64,000 bases of DNA from an uncultured Gemmataceae bacterium (GTDB lineage Bacteria > Planctomycetota > Planctomycetia > Gemmatales > Gemmataceae): contig CAVVPN010000011.1 in NCBI GenBank assembly GCA_963750165.1, positions 256,001-320,000 on the forward strand, given 5' to 3'. This document shows positions 30,278 through 41,524 of the stretch, piece after piece; positions within the stretch are counted from its first letter, which is position 1, and each line of letters starts with the position of its first letter. The notes under the pieces were generated by a model, which saw only the letters and a list, made by a program, of their open reading frames with translations, was not told the DNA's origin and did no database searches. Made by a program: the position numbers and the translations under genes.

Positions 30278-31372
30278 TCAATTCTTCAACTCAAAGCGCA
30301 GCACGACCGCGTTGGCAGTGCCGACCAGCAGCGCTCGGCCGTCCGGCGTAAAGGTCACGCAGCGGGGGCAGTCGCTGCACTGGCCCAGCTCAATCCGGTC
30401 GTCCGGCTGACCCTCGCCCAGGCCCCACAGTCGCACGGTCAGGTCATCGCTGACCGACGCCGCCCACTTGCCGTCCGGCGAGAAGCACACGCCCGTGATC
30501 CAGTTGCTGTGGCCGCGCAAGGTGCGCAACTCCCGGGCGCCGGCCACGTCCCAGAGCTTGACCGTCTGGTCCTGGCTGCCCGACAGGGCGAACTTGCCGT
30601 CCGCCGACAGTGCCACACAGGTCACCTCCCGGGAGTGGCCCTTCAGCACGCGCGCCTCCGCCTTGTCCCCTGCTTGCCATAGTTCCAGTCGGCCGCCTTC
30701 GTTGCCGGTAACCACCAGGCGACCGTCCGCCGCCAGCGCCAGCCCGGTCACGGCATACGGGCTCTGTATGACCTCCCCCGGCCTGTCGGCGTCCGTTTGC
30801 CAGTGTCGCACGGAGCCGTCGGCGCCGGCCGAGACGAACCGGCCCTCCGTCGCGAACGCCACACCCGTCACCGTGCCGGTGTGCCCCGTGAACGTTTTCA
30901 ACTCCTTGCCGGTGGCGGCATCCCACAGCTTGACGGTCTTGTCGGCACTGCCGCTGAGCAGGGACTTGCCGTCCGCCGACAGCGCCAGACAGGTGACGGC
31001 CTCGGTGTGGCCGCGGAGCGTCTGCACGACCTTGCCGGAGGTGGCGTCCCAGCGCTTGAGCGAGTGGTCGGCACCGGCGGTGAAGAACGTTTGGCCGACG
31101 GCAACCACGGCCGTCACCGCGCCCCCGGCGTTTGCTGCCGGGAAGTCGTCGGGGTCGTCCAGTTGGGGCGTGCCGTAGACGCCCGTCAGGCGGGTGTGGT
31201 CGGTCTCGAAGACGGGCCGATAAACCTCCGGCCGCTCCAGCGCGGGCTGAAGCCGACGGATGACGAACCAGATCACGACGCAAACGCTCACCAGGGCCAG
31301 CAGGCCCACCACCGTCTTCCACGGGAACAGGCCCGGCCTGTCCTGCGCAGTGTTCGTGCTCATGCTGCACAC
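30278..31372 (-). CDS. WD40 repeat protein with N-terminal membrane anchor
   Basis: Repeated GH...SGSxDxTVKLWD units. Confidence 0.92.
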   Translation of the reverse strand: MCSMSTNTAQDRPGLFPWKTVVGLLALVSVCVVIWFVIRRLQPALERPEVYRPVFETDHTRLTGVYGTPQLDDPDDFPAANAGGAVTAVVAVGQTFFTAGADHSLKRWDATSGKVVQTLRGHTEAVTCLALSADGKSLLSGSADKTVKLWDAATGKELKTFTGHTGTVTGVAFATEGRFVSAGADGSVRHWQTDADRPGEVIQSPYAVTGLALAADGRLVVTGNEGGRLELWQAGDKAEARVLKGHSREVTCVALSADGKFALSGSQDQTVKLWDVAGARELRTLRGHSNWITGVCFSPDGKWAASVSDDLTVRLWGLGEGQPDDRIELGQCSDCPRCVTFTPDGRALLVGTANAVVLRFELKN

Positions 31373-31400
31373 CCCGGAAAAGAGCGCGTTGGGGGACGCT

Positions 31401-33459
31401 TCACTTCGCCACGTCCGTCAGTTCGACGCGCAGGGCCACCCAGCCGGCGGTGCCGAGCAGTAGCGCCCGACCGTCCGCCGTGAAGTCCACACAGCGGCCG
31501 CAGTCCGTACACCGGCCCAGGTCGAACTGCGCCAGTTCCTTGCCGGCCGTCAGGTCCCACAGCCGCACGGTCAGGTCGTCGCTCACCGATGCCGCCCGCT
31601 TGCCGTTCGGCGAAAAACGCACAGCGGTTACCCAGTTCTTGTGGCCCGTCAGCGTCTTGACCGCCCTGGCCGCCGCCACGTCCCACAACTTGACCGTTCC
31701 GTCCTGGCTGCCTGACAGCGCGTACTTGCCGTCCGCCGACAGTGCCACGCACAGCACCTCGCGCTTGTGGCCTTCCAGCACCTGCGGCTCCTCGTCGCCG
31801 GCCTTCTGCGTCAGATCCCAGACCTTCAGCGTGTGATCCTCACTGGCGCTGATCGCCAGCTTGCCGTCCGCCGCCAGCGCCACGCCGGTGACGCCCTGGG
31901 AGTGTCCTTCCAGCGTCCGCAGCTCCTTGCCCGAGGCCACGTCCCAGACGCGCGTTGTACGGTCGCCGCTGCCCGTGATCGCCAGCTTGCCGTCCTTTGA
32001 GAACCCGACCGCCGTCACCGGCGCCGTGTGGCCGGCGAACACCTTCAACTCCTTGCCGTTGGCGGCGTCCCACAGTTTGACCGTTTTGTCAGCGCTGCCG
32101 CTGAGCAGATACTTGCCGTCGGCGGACAGGGTCAGGCAGGTGACGCTATCCGCATGGGCGACGATGGTCTGCAACTCGGTGCCGGCCGCCGCGTCCCAGC
32201 GTTTCAGAGTGCGGTCGGCGCCGGCGGTGTACAGCGTCTTGCCGTTGGGCGCCAGGACGACGCCGGTCACCGCCCCCTTGTGCCCGCCCCAGCGTCTCTG
32301 CTCCGCGCCGGTGGCGGCGTCGAACCGCACGAACGGGTTGGCACCGCCGCCGACGAGCACCTGCTTTTCGTCCGGCGTGAACGTCACCGGCGCCGCGCCG
32401 CGCAGGGGCAGCGGCCGCGACCAGATTTCCTTGCCGGCGGCCACGTCCCACAGCAGGACGATGCCGGCCTGGGGCTCGTTGCCGACGCCGCCGCTGAAAT
32501 TGCTCCGCACCTGGGCGAGGCGCTTGCCGTCCCGGGTGAAGGCCAGGGTGCTCAGGCCCCATTCGGGCGGCTTGACGGCGAGGCTTGCCAGCACCTTACC
32601 TTCCAGGTTCCAGACTTTTACGGCCTGGTCCGTGCGGGCGCCGGCCAGCCGTTTACCGTCGTCCGAGAATGTCAGGGTCAAAAAGGCGTAATTCTCTTCC
32701 TTGAACGAGCGGACCTCCTTGCCGGTGGTCAGATCCCAGACCCTGATCTTCATGACAGCCACTGCTCCCTCTGCGACCAGACCGGCCGACGCGGCGCGCT
32801 TGCCGTCGCGGGTCAGGGCCACGGCATCAGCGGCGAATTTGTGGGCGGGTAACTCTCGCAGTTCCTTCCCCTGCGCCACGTCCCAGACCTTGATGACGCC
32901 GTCCTGTCCGCCGGTCAGGCCGCGCGTACCGTCCGGCGTCAGGTCCAGGGCGATGGCGAGGTCCTTGTGGCCGGGCCAGCGCTTGAGTTCCTTGCCCGTT
33001 TTCAGGTCCCACACCGCCAGCGCACCCTTCTGCTTCCTGGGCAGGTCGAGGACCAGCGCCTCCGAAGGCCCGGCTGCCGTCCGGCGTCATGCGCAGGGCG
33101 ACGACTGCCGCCCTGGCGACGCGGATCTGGCGCACGACCTTGCCGCTGGCCACGTCCCAGAGCGTGAGGGTGGAGTCGTCGAGTTGATCGCCGATGACGT
33201 TGCCGCCGCTGACGGACAGGGCCAGTTTGCCGTCGGCGCTGAAGGCACTGGTGTGGCTGCCGGCGGGGTCCTGCTCGGGAGCGCCGTAGACTGCTGTCAG
33301 CCGGGTGCGAGCGGTCTTGACAGCCTCCGCATACCGCGCCGGCAGTCCCGTGCCGACCGGCTCCTGTCCCGATCCGGCGAAGGATCGCAGCCCCAGCCAC
33401 GCCGTCAGCGTCAGCCCGATCAACCCCAGCAGCCCCACAGCACCCCAGATGCGTCGCAT
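31401..33459 (-). CDS. Large secreted WD40 repeat protein (one frameshift near 33060)
   Basis: Signal peptide and first WD repeat in ORF 32827-33459; continues as ALVLDLPRKQKGALAVWDLK into ORF 31401-33014 with many WD units. Confidence 0.85.
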
Positions 33460-33662
33460 GGTAGACTCCGCAAGCGCAGCTCGTATCAGAAAAGGTATTC
33501 ACAAAGAAGACGAGACACAGGGGCGAAACGATGCGTCCGCCAGGCGAGAAACCGTGTGCCGCCCACGGGTGACTTCCAGGCCCGTGCGGATTTTCGTTCG
33601 TCCGTACAGTGTCCGGCGGTATATTGGAACCGAATCAAACCCTGTTTCACGGAGGATGGACC

Positions 33663-34145
33663 ATGCTTCGAGCTTCGCTAACCGTGGCCCTGCTGCTGGC
33701 GCTGACGGGCCGCCTGGCGGCCCAGGACTCGCCCACGGGGCCGGCACCGCACATCATGACGGCCCAGCCGGACAAGAACGGTCGGCCGGCGCTTATCCAC
33801 ACGGTTGCTAGATCCGTCCCGGGGAAAAGAACCATCGAGGTCAATGTCAACGGCCGGGTTGAGAAACGGATCGAGACCGTGTACGTCGTGGTCGTCAATA
33901 AGGAGCCTTTCCTTCGGTTGGACGACGCCAGCGTTCGGGTGTACGACGTGGACGGCAAGCAACTGGACGTGAAAAGCATCAAGTTGACCCGTGCCACGCC
34001 TGTGCTGGTGTCGGCGGACGGCCGGCCGGTCGATCCGTACTACACGCGCCTGGCCCGGCCCGGGACGCTGGTCATCGTTCAGTCTCAAGCGGACGGGGCA
34101 CCCGTGATCGCACCGCCCCCGCCCAGGGAAATCAAGCGGCCGTAG
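33663..34145 (+). CDS. Secreted hypothetical protein, paralog 1 of 3
   Basis: GGAGG RBS, signal peptide, VNVNGRVE and PVLVSADGRPVDPYYTRLARPGTLV motifs. Confidence 0.8.
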   Translation: MLRASLTVALLLALTGRLAAQDSPTGPAPHIMTAQPDKNGRPALIHTVARSVPGKRTIEVNVNGRVEKRIETVYVVVVNKEPFLRLDDASVRVYDVDGKQLDVKSIKLTRATPVLVSADGRPVDPYYTRLARPGTLVIVQSQADGAPVIAPPPPREIKRP

Positions 34146-34217
34146 TTACCTCAACCCCGGGTGCCCGGCCCGCCACCAGCGCGGCCCGGCTGCCCTACTT
34201 CCCGCGGAGGATTGCTG

Positions 34218-34724
34218 ATGACGCGCTTCTTGTTCGGAGCAGCCCTGCTGCTGGCGCTGACGGGCCGCCTGGCGGCCCAGGACCCGCCCAAGGGGTCGGC
34301 GCCGCTAATCATGACTGCCAACGTGGGCAAGGACGGCAAGCCGTTCATCATCCGCACCACGTACCGGAGCGTGGCGCGCGAGGAGGTCTACGAGGTCAAC
34401 GTCAACGGCCAAATTGAAAAACGCAAGCGCGTCGTGGCCGTCACGATCCCCGTGATGACATCCCTGCAGCTGGATGTCGCCGGCCTCCGAGTGTACGACG
34501 TGGACGGCAAGCAACTGGACGCGAACAGCCTCAAACTGACCAGGGCGACGCCCGTGCTGGTGTCGGCGGACGGCCGGCCGGTCGATCCGTTCTACACGCG
34601 CCTGGCCCGGCCCGGGACGCTGGTCCTCGTCGTCCCCGGACTGAACGAGGAGGCCATGCCCTTGCCGATGGCGGTGATTCCGCCCAAGGAAAAAATCGCG
34701 CCGCCGAAGAAAATCAACCCCTGA
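34218..34724 (+). CDS. Secreted hypothetical protein, paralog 2 of 3
   Basis: GGAGG RBS; near-identical C-terminal motif to paralog 1. Confidence 0.8.
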   Translation: MTRFLFGAALLLALTGRLAAQDPPKGSAPLIMTANVGKDGKPFIIRTTYRSVAREEVYEVNVNGQIEKRKRVVAVTIPVMTSLQLDVAGLRVYDVDGKQLDANSLKLTRATPVLVSADGRPVDPFYTRLARPGTLVLVVPGLNEEAMPLPMAVIPPKEKIAPPKKINP

Positions 34725-34779
34725 ATGCCTGGGGCTGCTCGTGTGGCCCAGGTGAACCCCCCAACCCGGAGGAATGCTG

Positions 34780-35258
34780 ATGATGCGTCTCTTGTTCGGT
34801 ACGGCCCTCGCGCTGGCGCTGACAGCGCCTCTGCCCGCCCAGGACCAACCCAGGGGGCCGGCGCCCTCATCATGACCGCCAACGTGGGCAAGGACGGGCG
34901 GCCCTATATCGCCCGCAAGGTGTTCGCCGTGGTCCCGGTGACGGTCCAGGTCAAGGTACTCGTGAACGGCCGTGAGGAAGTCCGCAATCAAACCGTCCCG
35001 CAGTATCAGGAGCGGCAAGAGCACCTGTACCTGGACAGCGATAAAGTGCAGGTGTCCACCACGGACGGTAAGCGCGTGGACGTGAAGAACCTGCGGTTGC
35101 AGGGGCCGACGGCGGTGCTGGTGTCCGCCAACGGCCGGCCTGTCGATCCGCTGTACACCCGCCTGGCCCGCGAGGGCACGCTGGTCGTGGTCACCCCGAA
35201 CATCGCCGCGCCGGCCATGGTGCCGCCCCCGCCTGTGAAAGTGCCAGCGCCGAAATAA
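34780..35258 (+). CDS. Secreted hypothetical protein, paralog 3 of 3 (frameshift near 34865)
   Basis: GGAGG RBS, MMRLLFGTALALAL signal peptide in one frame, LIMTANVGKDG... in the next; one missing C restores the frame. Confidence 0.75.
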
Positions 35259-35318
35259 CCCCGTCCCGGCGAGCGGGAGTCTGCATCCCTGCTCGCCGGG
35301 CTTCTCGGAGCAGACGTC

Positions 35319-36239
35319 ATGGCCACCATCCCCCCAACCCCGCCGCCGCTGCGCTTCGACGCCGTCCGCTTCCAACCGGACGGGGCCGCCCCGCTGACCG
35401 GCCTGCTGCTGACCGCCCTGTTCGCGTGCGCCGCCGCCGTGGTGACCGGCGCCATCGTGAGCTTTTGCCATCAGTGGTTCTACCTGGTGGTGCTCTTCCC
35501 GCTGGGGATGGGCCTGGCCGTGGGCATCGCCGCCGCCGGCGGGGTGCGCCTGGGTAAGGTCCGCAACATGTGGGCGGCCGCCGCCCTGGGCTTCACCGGC
35601 GGCGTGCTCGTCATGTTGATGTCCCACCTCGGCGACTACCTGCTGACGCTGCGGCACCTGAACCAGATGAACCCCGGAGCGCATCTGACGTTCACCGAGT
35701 TCGTCGATCTCCGCGCCAGGCAGGGCGTGACGATCGGCAAGGCGGGCGCGGGCGCCGGCCAGGGCATGAACCTTGGCTACTACGGCTCGTACATTTACTG
35801 GTTCGTGGAATTCCTCTTCGCGTGCGTCGTCGCCGCGGCCATCCCGGGCGGTGCCGCGATGGTGCCGTTCTGCCAGGCCTGCCAGTCGTGGAAAGCGAAG
35901 CGCGTCCTTGGCAAGATGGCCGTCGGCAAGGAAGCCGTCGTTGAGATTGTGGACGGGGGAGAACTGCTGCGCCTGCTGGGCCCGGGCCGGCCCGCCGGCC
36001 ACCCCGTGGTGTTCACGGCCCACGTCTGCCCCCACTGCGAGGACCAGGACACCGTGGAGATCAACATCCAGGAGGTCGTCACCAACAAAAAAGGCGTGCC
36101 CAGGTACACCGACCTGGGCACCTGGTCCTATGGCGGCGAGGCGTGGCCGGTGTGGCAAAGCCTGTTCGCCCCCCCGACACCGCCCCCGCTGCCCAACTCC
36201 GAAACGCACTTCAAGGACGCCGGCGGCCCCCGGCAGTGA
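35319..36239 (+). CDS. Hypothetical membrane protein with C-terminal CxxC pairs
   Basis: 4 TM segments, PFCQACQSW and VCPHC. Confidence 0.75.
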   Translation: MATIPPTPPPLRFDAVRFQPDGAAPLTGLLLTALFACAAAVVTGAIVSFCHQWFYLVVLFPLGMGLAVGIAAAGGVRLGKVRNMWAAAALGFTGGVLVMLMSHLGDYLLTLRHLNQMNPGAHLTFTEFVDLRARQGVTIGKAGAGAGQGMNLGYYGSYIYWFVEFLFACVVAAAIPGGAAMVPFCQACQSWKAKRVLGKMAVGKEAVVEIVDGGELLRLLGPGRPAGHPVVFTAHVCPHCEDQDTVEINIQEVVTNKKGVPRYTDLGTWSYGGEAWPVWQSLFAPPTPPPLPNSETHFKDAGGPRQ

Positions 36240-36648
36240 ACCGTTTGTCGAATGCGAGCCTTGTCATGCAGCCACCGCGCCGCGGTTGTCCTGGAAGAGC
36301 GCCCAGCGCTACCCATTCCTGTCGCTCTTCGGCCTGGTGGTGCTGTCCAACGCCGCCGGCAGCTTTTTCAACGCCGCCTACCCGCTGTGTCTGGGGCTGC
36401 TGGTGTGGTTGCTGGCGCCACTGTGGTGCTGCCGCCAGCGCCTGGTCAACCTGCCGTTCCACACCGTCTGGCTCAACTTCTGCGGCTGGTTCCCGGGGCC
36501 TTCGTCTTCCCAGCGCTGATCTGCGGCCTGGGCGACGACCACTTTTTCAGGCGTCCCGCGCCATAGGATAAGGGCAACCAACGCCCTTGCCAGCGGGACC
36601 GACACAATGCCTTCTTCTCCTTCACGGGCCGGGACTTCTGACCTGTCC

Positions 36649-37665
36649 ATGTGGCAGGCCCGTATCGCCACCGCAAACACACTTGACCTGCAGCGCGTTC
36701 CGCGCCCCTCACTGCAGGGGCCGGGGGAAGTGCTCTTGCGCACGGCGGTGAGCGGCATCTGCTCCGGCGATCTGATGCCGTGGTATCTGGAGAAGAAGAT
36801 CGGCACCGTGCTCGGCCATGAAGTCGCCGGCTACGCCGTCGCAGTTGGCCCGGAGGTGTCCCACATCCACGCAGGCGACCTGGTCTTCGTTCACCACCAC
36901 GCCCCTTGCCTGGACTGCGAACACTGCCGCCGCGGTCGGCACGTCCACTGCGCTGCCTGGCGCGGCAGTGCCATCGACCCCGGTGGCATGGCGGAGTATG
37001 TCCGTGTGCCCGCTCTCAACGTCCGCCACGATTGCTTCGCGGTCAACGATCTGACACCGGAACAGGCCGTCTTCATCGAACCGTTGGGCTGCTGCGTCAA
37101 GGCGTTACGACACGTGCCCACCTTCGCCGGACGGCACGGCGTGGTCATCGGCTGCGGCGTCATGGGGTTGCTCAACGTGGCCCTGGCGCGAGCCCTGAAC
37201 ACCTCCTCGATCACCGCCGTGGAACCGGATCCCGAACGCCGATGGCTGGCCAAGGTCTGCGGGGCGCATACCATGCTGACGCCGGAGGACGCCTGCCAAC
37301 TATTGCGTCACGCTGCCGATTTTGTCGTCATCGGCCCCGGCTTCCCGGAGGTCATTCAGCAAGCGTTGGAATACGTTCGGCCCGGCGGCATGGCCGTGCT
37401 CTTCGCCCCGACCGCCACGGGACTGCGGACAGCGCTGGACCTGGGCGAACTGTACTTTCGTGAAGTGACGTTGGCCCCCTCCTATTCGTGCGGGCCGGAG
37501 GACACCCGGCAGGCGGCGGAACTGCTGCGGCGCGGTTTGGTCAATCCGCTTCCCACCATTACGCACCGATTTTCCCTGACGCACATTCGGGAGGCGTTCG
37601 ACACCGCGCGCCGGGGCGGCGCCGCCGTCAAGGTGCTCATCACGTTTCCCCAGGATACGCAGTAA
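36649..37665 (+). CDS. Zn-dependent alcohol dehydrogenase (MDR family)
   Basis: GICSGD, LGHEVAG, CLDCEHCRRG, IEPLGC, GCGVMG; start could be 36607. Confidence 0.9.
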   Translation: MWQARIATANTLDLQRVPRPSLQGPGEVLLRTAVSGICSGDLMPWYLEKKIGTVLGHEVAGYAVAVGPEVSHIHAGDLVFVHHHAPCLDCEHCRRGRHVHCAAWRGSAIDPGGMAEYVRVPALNVRHDCFAVNDLTPEQAVFIEPLGCCVKALRHVPTFAGRHGVVIGCGVMGLLNVALARALNTSSITAVEPDPERRWLAKVCGAHTMLTPEDACQLLRHAADFVVIGPGFPEVIQQALEYVRPGGMAVLFAPTATGLRTALDLGELYFREVTLAPSYSCGPEDTRQAAELLRRGLVNPLPTITHRFSLTHIREAFDTARRGGAAVKVLITFPQDTQ

Positions 37666-37714
37666 AATGTTGGCGGCTTGCCATCCGGGCCGTTCATTCG
37701 GAAAAGGGGAGAAC

Positions 37715-38176
37715 ATGGAAGCGATCGGCAGCAGTTGCGAGGCAGCCGCGCGACCCGCGGCGAGTGGTGCAGTGGGGTCGCGTGTGCTGCGTTTCGGGCC
37801 GGACTTCCGCTGGCAGGGTGTCGCGGTCACGGATTACAAATCGCCGGCGCACCACTGGGCCGGCGTCTGCCGCACGACGCTGGTCGGCGAGGCGGGCGAG
37901 CAGACGCGCTTCCAGTTGCGCTATTTTGAGATCGCGCCGGGCGGCTTCAGTTCGTTCGAGCACCACGCCCACGAGCACGCGGTCTTCGTGCTGCGCGGCC
38001 AGGGCGAGGTGCAACTCGGCGAGCAGGTGCATCCGCTCAGCTTCGGCGACATTGTGTATGTGGCTCCGCACGAGCCGCACCAGTTCCGCAACCTGGGGAC
38101 GGAGCCGTTCGGCTTCCTGTGTGTCGTCGATGCGGAGCGCGACCGGCCGGTGCCGTTGCAGCCACGTAAAGAATAA
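37715..38176 (+). CDS. Cupin domain protein
   Basis: LRYFEIAPGGFSSFEHHAHEH, HQFRN, FGFLC. Confidence 0.88.
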   Translation: MEAIGSSCEAAARPAASGAVGSRVLRFGPDFRWQGVAVTDYKSPAHHWAGVCRTTLVGEAGEQTRFQLRYFEIAPGGFSSFEHHAHEHAVFVLRGQGEVQLGEQVHPLSFGDIVYVAPHEPHQFRNLGTEPFGFLCVVDAERDRPVPLQPRKE

Positions 38177-38261
38177 ATACCCATCACGAAAACGCGAAAA
38201 ACGAAAACCACGAAAAAGACCTTGATTTTGGTCTTTTTCGTGGTTTTCGTGATGGGTATTT
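38175..38261. repeat. AT-rich inverted repeat with CACGAAAA-type units between convergent genes (probable terminator)
   Basis: AAATACCCATCACGAAAAC...GTTTTCGTGATGGGTATTT. Confidence 0.75.
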
Positions 38262-38272
38262 TTTCCCGGTCA

Positions 38273-38641
38273 TCACTGTGACCGCCCCGGCAACGTGTTC
38301 GGCAGCGGGTTGAACGGCTCGGCGCCCGGAGACAGCGGTGTCTGGTGGATGGGCGCGGGCGGTGGCGGTTCGGCGTTGGCTTTCGGCCCGGAGGAAACAG
38401 GTGTCGCGACGGGCAGGGTGGGCGGCGGCAGCGGCACTGCGCCCGGCGGCGTCACGGTGCCAGCCGGCACCACCACCGGCCCTGCGGGCACCACCGGCCC
38501 GCCCTGCGGAATGCAGACGCCGCCATAGGGAGCGGTGTTGCCCTTGCCCAGTTTGCCCGGTGCGAAGAAGTCCATCAGGTCCGCCAACGGGGCCGTACTG
38601 CACCCGGCCAGCAACACCAGCGCCAGCGCTGCGCGTTTCAT
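38273..38641 (-). CDS. Pro-rich lipoprotein
   Basis: MKRAALALVLLAGC lipobox; GAGG RBS. Confidence 0.75.
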   Translation of the reverse strand: MKRAALALVLLAGCSTAPLADLMDFFAPGKLGKGNTAPYGGVCIPQGGPVVPAGPVVVPAGTVTPPGAVPLPPPTLPVATPVSSGPKANAEPPPPAPIHQTPLSPGAEPFNPLPNTLPGRSQ

Positions 38642-38713
38642 AACTCGCCCTCGGAACGGATCGGGGCGGAGGATATACCACCCACGACCGCCGCCGCCAA
38701 GGGCAAAAATCCA

Positions 38714-39319
38714 CTATTCGGGCTCCACCAGAGCGCACAGCGCCGCGGCGTAGTCCTCGGGGGTGTTGAGGTTGCGCAGCGAACGCAGGTCCGGGTCGGC
38801 GGTCGTCAGCTCCGCCGCGGCCACCCGGCGCGTCGGCACCAGATCGAAGAGGAAGCCCGGTCGCAGCCGATCCTCGGCCAGCAGGCGACGCACTTCGCCG
38901 AGCACATCCAGGTGGTAGACCGCGGCCAGGGGATGGTAGCGGCCCTCGGCGTGCGGAACGGCCAACCGGCAATCGCCCAGCAGCTCGACCAGCCGGTGGA
39001 TGAACGCGGGTCGCAGGAACGGCGCGTCACACGAGGACAGAAAGGCAACATCGGCGCGGCCCAGCAGCGCTTCCAGGCCGGCGCACAGGCCCTGCAAGGG
39101 ACCGCGCTGCGGCCGGGCGTCGCGGACCACGGCCACGTCCGGCGGCAGCGGCGGCACCTCCTGATCGGGGCCCGCCACAACCACGACGGGCGCCACCGCC
39201 TCGGCCACGCTGCGGACGATGCGCGTCAACATCGCTTCCCCGCCGAACGGCAGCCACGCCTTGGCCTGGCCCATCCGTCGGCTCTGTCCGCCGCACAACA
39301 CAATGCCGCCCGCGTTCAT
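38714..39319 (-). CDS. mobA: Molybdenum cofactor guanylyltransferase
   Basis: [35 protein letters not shown]. Confidence 0.92.
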   Translation of the reverse strand: MNAGGIVLCGGQSRRMGQAKAWLPFGGEAMLTRIVRSVAEAVAPVVVVAGPDQEVPPLPPDVAVVRDARPQRGPLQGLCAGLEALLGRADVAFLSSCDAPFLRPAFIHRLVELLGDCRLAVPHAEGRYHPLAAVYHLDVLGEVRRLLAEDRLRPGFLFDLVPTRRVAAAELTTADPDLRSLRNLNTPEDYAAALCALVEPE

Positions 39320-39374
39320 GGCCGCATTTTACCAGGGGCTGCCACCCGCCGCCAGAAGCGGTACAACAGCCCCG

Positions 39375-39852
39375 ATGAGCGAATTTACCCACTTTGACGA
39401 GCACGGCGGCAGTCGCATGGTGGACACCAGCGACAAGGAAGTGACGCTGCGTCAGGCCCGCGCCAGCGCCGCGCGTGCGCATGGCCGTTGCCACCGCCGC
39501 GCTGATCCGCGACCGCGCCGTGGCCAAGGGCGACGTACTCGAGGTCGCTCGCCTCGCTGGCATCATGGCCGCCAAGCGCACCGCCGACCTGATCCCGCTG
39601 TGCCATCCCCTACCGCTGACTTCCGTCCAGGTGGAATTGCGCTTTGAGGACGAGACGCTGCTGCGCATCGACGCCACGGTGCGCGTCCAGGCCCGCACGG
39701 GCGTCGAGATGGAGGCGCTGACGGCCGCCAGCGTTGCCGCCCTGACCGTCTACGACATGTGCAAGGCGGTGGATCGTGTTATGACCATCGAGCAGATACG
39801 GTTGGAGGAGAAGAGCGGCGGCCGCAGCGGCACCTTCCGCAGGGACGATTGA
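39375..39852 (+). CDS. moaC: Cyclic pyranopterin monophosphate synthase (frameshift near 39470)
   Basis: [18 protein letters not shown] in one frame; [32 protein letters not shown] in the next. Confidence 0.9.
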
Positions 39853-39885
39853 GCCGCCCGCGCATCCTCTAGCCTGGAGTGGTTC

Positions 39886-40890
39886 ATGAAGCCGGTATTA
39901 ACCCCGAACAGCGTTCCGCCGCGCCCGGCCTTCGACGTGCTCGCGAGCCTGACCCCGGATCTGGATGAGGTGGAGCGCGTCTTCACGCGGACGCTGGAGA
40001 GTGGGCGGCCGGGCGTGGCCCAGTTGCTGAGCCACCTCGGGGCCTACCGCGGCAAGCGCCTACGGCCGACGCTGCTGTTGCTGACCGCCCACGCCTGCGG
40101 CCGGGTGACGGCGGCGCACCACGTCCTGGGCGCGGTCGTCGAGATGATCCACACCGCCACGCTGGTCCACGACGACGTGCTCGACGACGCCGACCTGCGG
40201 CGCTACGTGCCGACGGTCAACGCCCAGTGGGGCAACCAGGCGAGCATCCTTTTGGGCGACTACCTGTTCACGCACGCTTTCCACCTGTCGAGCACGCTGG
40301 ACGATGTGCGGGCGTGCCGGCTGATCGGCGACGCGACCAACCGCGTCTGCGCCGGTGAACTGCACCAGGTAACGCAGCGCGGCAACCTGCACCTGACCGA
40401 GGCGGAGTACCTGAGCATCATCGACGGCAAGACGGCGGAGTTGACGAGCGTGTGCTGCCGGCTGGGGGCGCTGTACGCCGGGCGCGATGTGGCGGTGGTG
40501 GAGCGGTTGGCGTCTTACGGCCGGCTGCTGGGGCTGGCGTTCCAGATCGCCGACGATGTGCTGGACCTGATCGGCGAGGAGGCGACCGCGGGCAAGTCGT
40601 TGGGGACCGACGTGGCGCAGCAGAAGCTGACGCTGCCGCTGCTGCATCTGCTGCAACACCACGGGGCGGAGCGTGCGGAGCGGGTGCGGCAGATTTTGGC
40701 TGCGCCCGGCAATCACAAGCTGGAGGCGCTGCGGCCGCACCTGCACGAAACCGGGGCGCTGGCGTTCGCACGGCGACGGGCGGAGGAGTACGCCGCCCAG
40801 GCCCGGCGCGAGCTGGAGTGTCTGGCACCGTCGGCGTACCGGGCCGGCCTGGAGGCGCTGACCGAGCGCGTGGTCCACCGCAGCGCGTGA
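39886..40890 (+). CDS. Polyprenyl diphosphate synthase
   Basis: GKRLRP, LVHDDVLD, GKTA, FQIADDVLD. Confidence 0.93.
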   Translation: MKPVLTPNSVPPRPAFDVLASLTPDLDEVERVFTRTLESGRPGVAQLLSHLGAYRGKRLRPTLLLLTAHACGRVTAAHHVLGAVVEMIHTATLVHDDVLDDADLRRYVPTVNAQWGNQASILLGDYLFTHAFHLSSTLDDVRACRLIGDATNRVCAGELHQVTQRGNLHLTEAEYLSIIDGKTAELTSVCCRLGALYAGRDVAVVERLASYGRLLGLAFQIADDVLDLIGEEATAGKSLGTDVAQQKLTLPLLHLLQHHGAERAERVRQILAAPGNHKLEALRPHLHETGALAFARRRAEEYAAQARRELECLAPSAYRAGLEALTERVVHRSA

Positions 40891-40891
40891 C

Positions 40892-40947
40892 TGGTCGGAG
40901 CCCGAGCGCCAGCGCGGGCCCCCGCGCTGGCGCTCGGGCTCCGACCA
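40892..40947. repeat. REP-like palindrome
   Basis: TGGTCGGAGCCCGAGCGCCAGCGCGGG-CC-CCCGCGCTGGCGCTCGGGCTCCGACCA. Confidence 0.75.
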
Positions 40948-40984
40948 ACTACCAATGTCCAGGACGATGGTGTATGAGGGGTTC

Positions 40985-41524
40985 ATGGACCTGCTGCCCT
41001 GGCTGCTGATGTCGCTGGGCGTCGTCGCCCTGGTGTTGGCCGCCATCGCGGTGGCTGGCGCCTTCATGGCGCGGTCGCACGCCGTCTTCCGCACCCTGGA
41101 AAGCAAGCAGCCGCCCGAGGTGGTGTGGGCGGTCGTCACCGACTTCCCGAACACACCCACCTGGCACCCGGAGGTCAAGCAGGTCGAGCGGCTGTCCGAC
41201 CACGAGGGCCACGCGGTCTGGCGCGAGACGTACCGCAACGGCTACCCCATCCGCCTGGAGACGACCGAGGCGACGCCGCCGTGCCGCCTGGTGCGCGCCA
41301 TCCAGGACGAGAAGGGGCCGTTTCAGGGCCGCTGGGTGTTCGAGTTGACGCCGACGGACGCCGGAACGCGGCTGACCATCACGGAGCACGGCGACATCGC
41401 CAACCCCTTCTTCCGCTTCATGGCGCGGGTGTTCATGAACCCAGCCATTTACCTGGAACTCTACCTGAAGGCGCTGGCGGTGAAGCTCGGCGACGAGCCG
41501 CCGCCGACCGCGCTGAAGGCGTGA
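40985..41524 (+). CDS. SRPBCC/polyketide cyclase-like protein with N-terminal TM
   Basis: PEVVWAVVTDF, FQGRWVFEL, TRLTITEHG. Confidence 0.82.
   Translation: MDLLPWLLMSLGVVALVLAAIAVAGAFMARSHAVFRTLESKQPPEVVWAVVTDFPNTPTWHPEVKQVERLSDHEGHAVWRETYRNGYPIRLETTEATPPCRLVRAIQDEKGPFQGRWVFELTPTDAGTRLTITEHGDIANPFFRFMARVFMNPAIYLELYLKALAVKLGDEPPPTALKA

Noticed and set aside
36240..36570. Hydrophobic ORF fragments (SLFGLVVLSNAAGSFFN...)
   Set aside because: Probably a gene remnant, but no start, consistent frame or family can be supported
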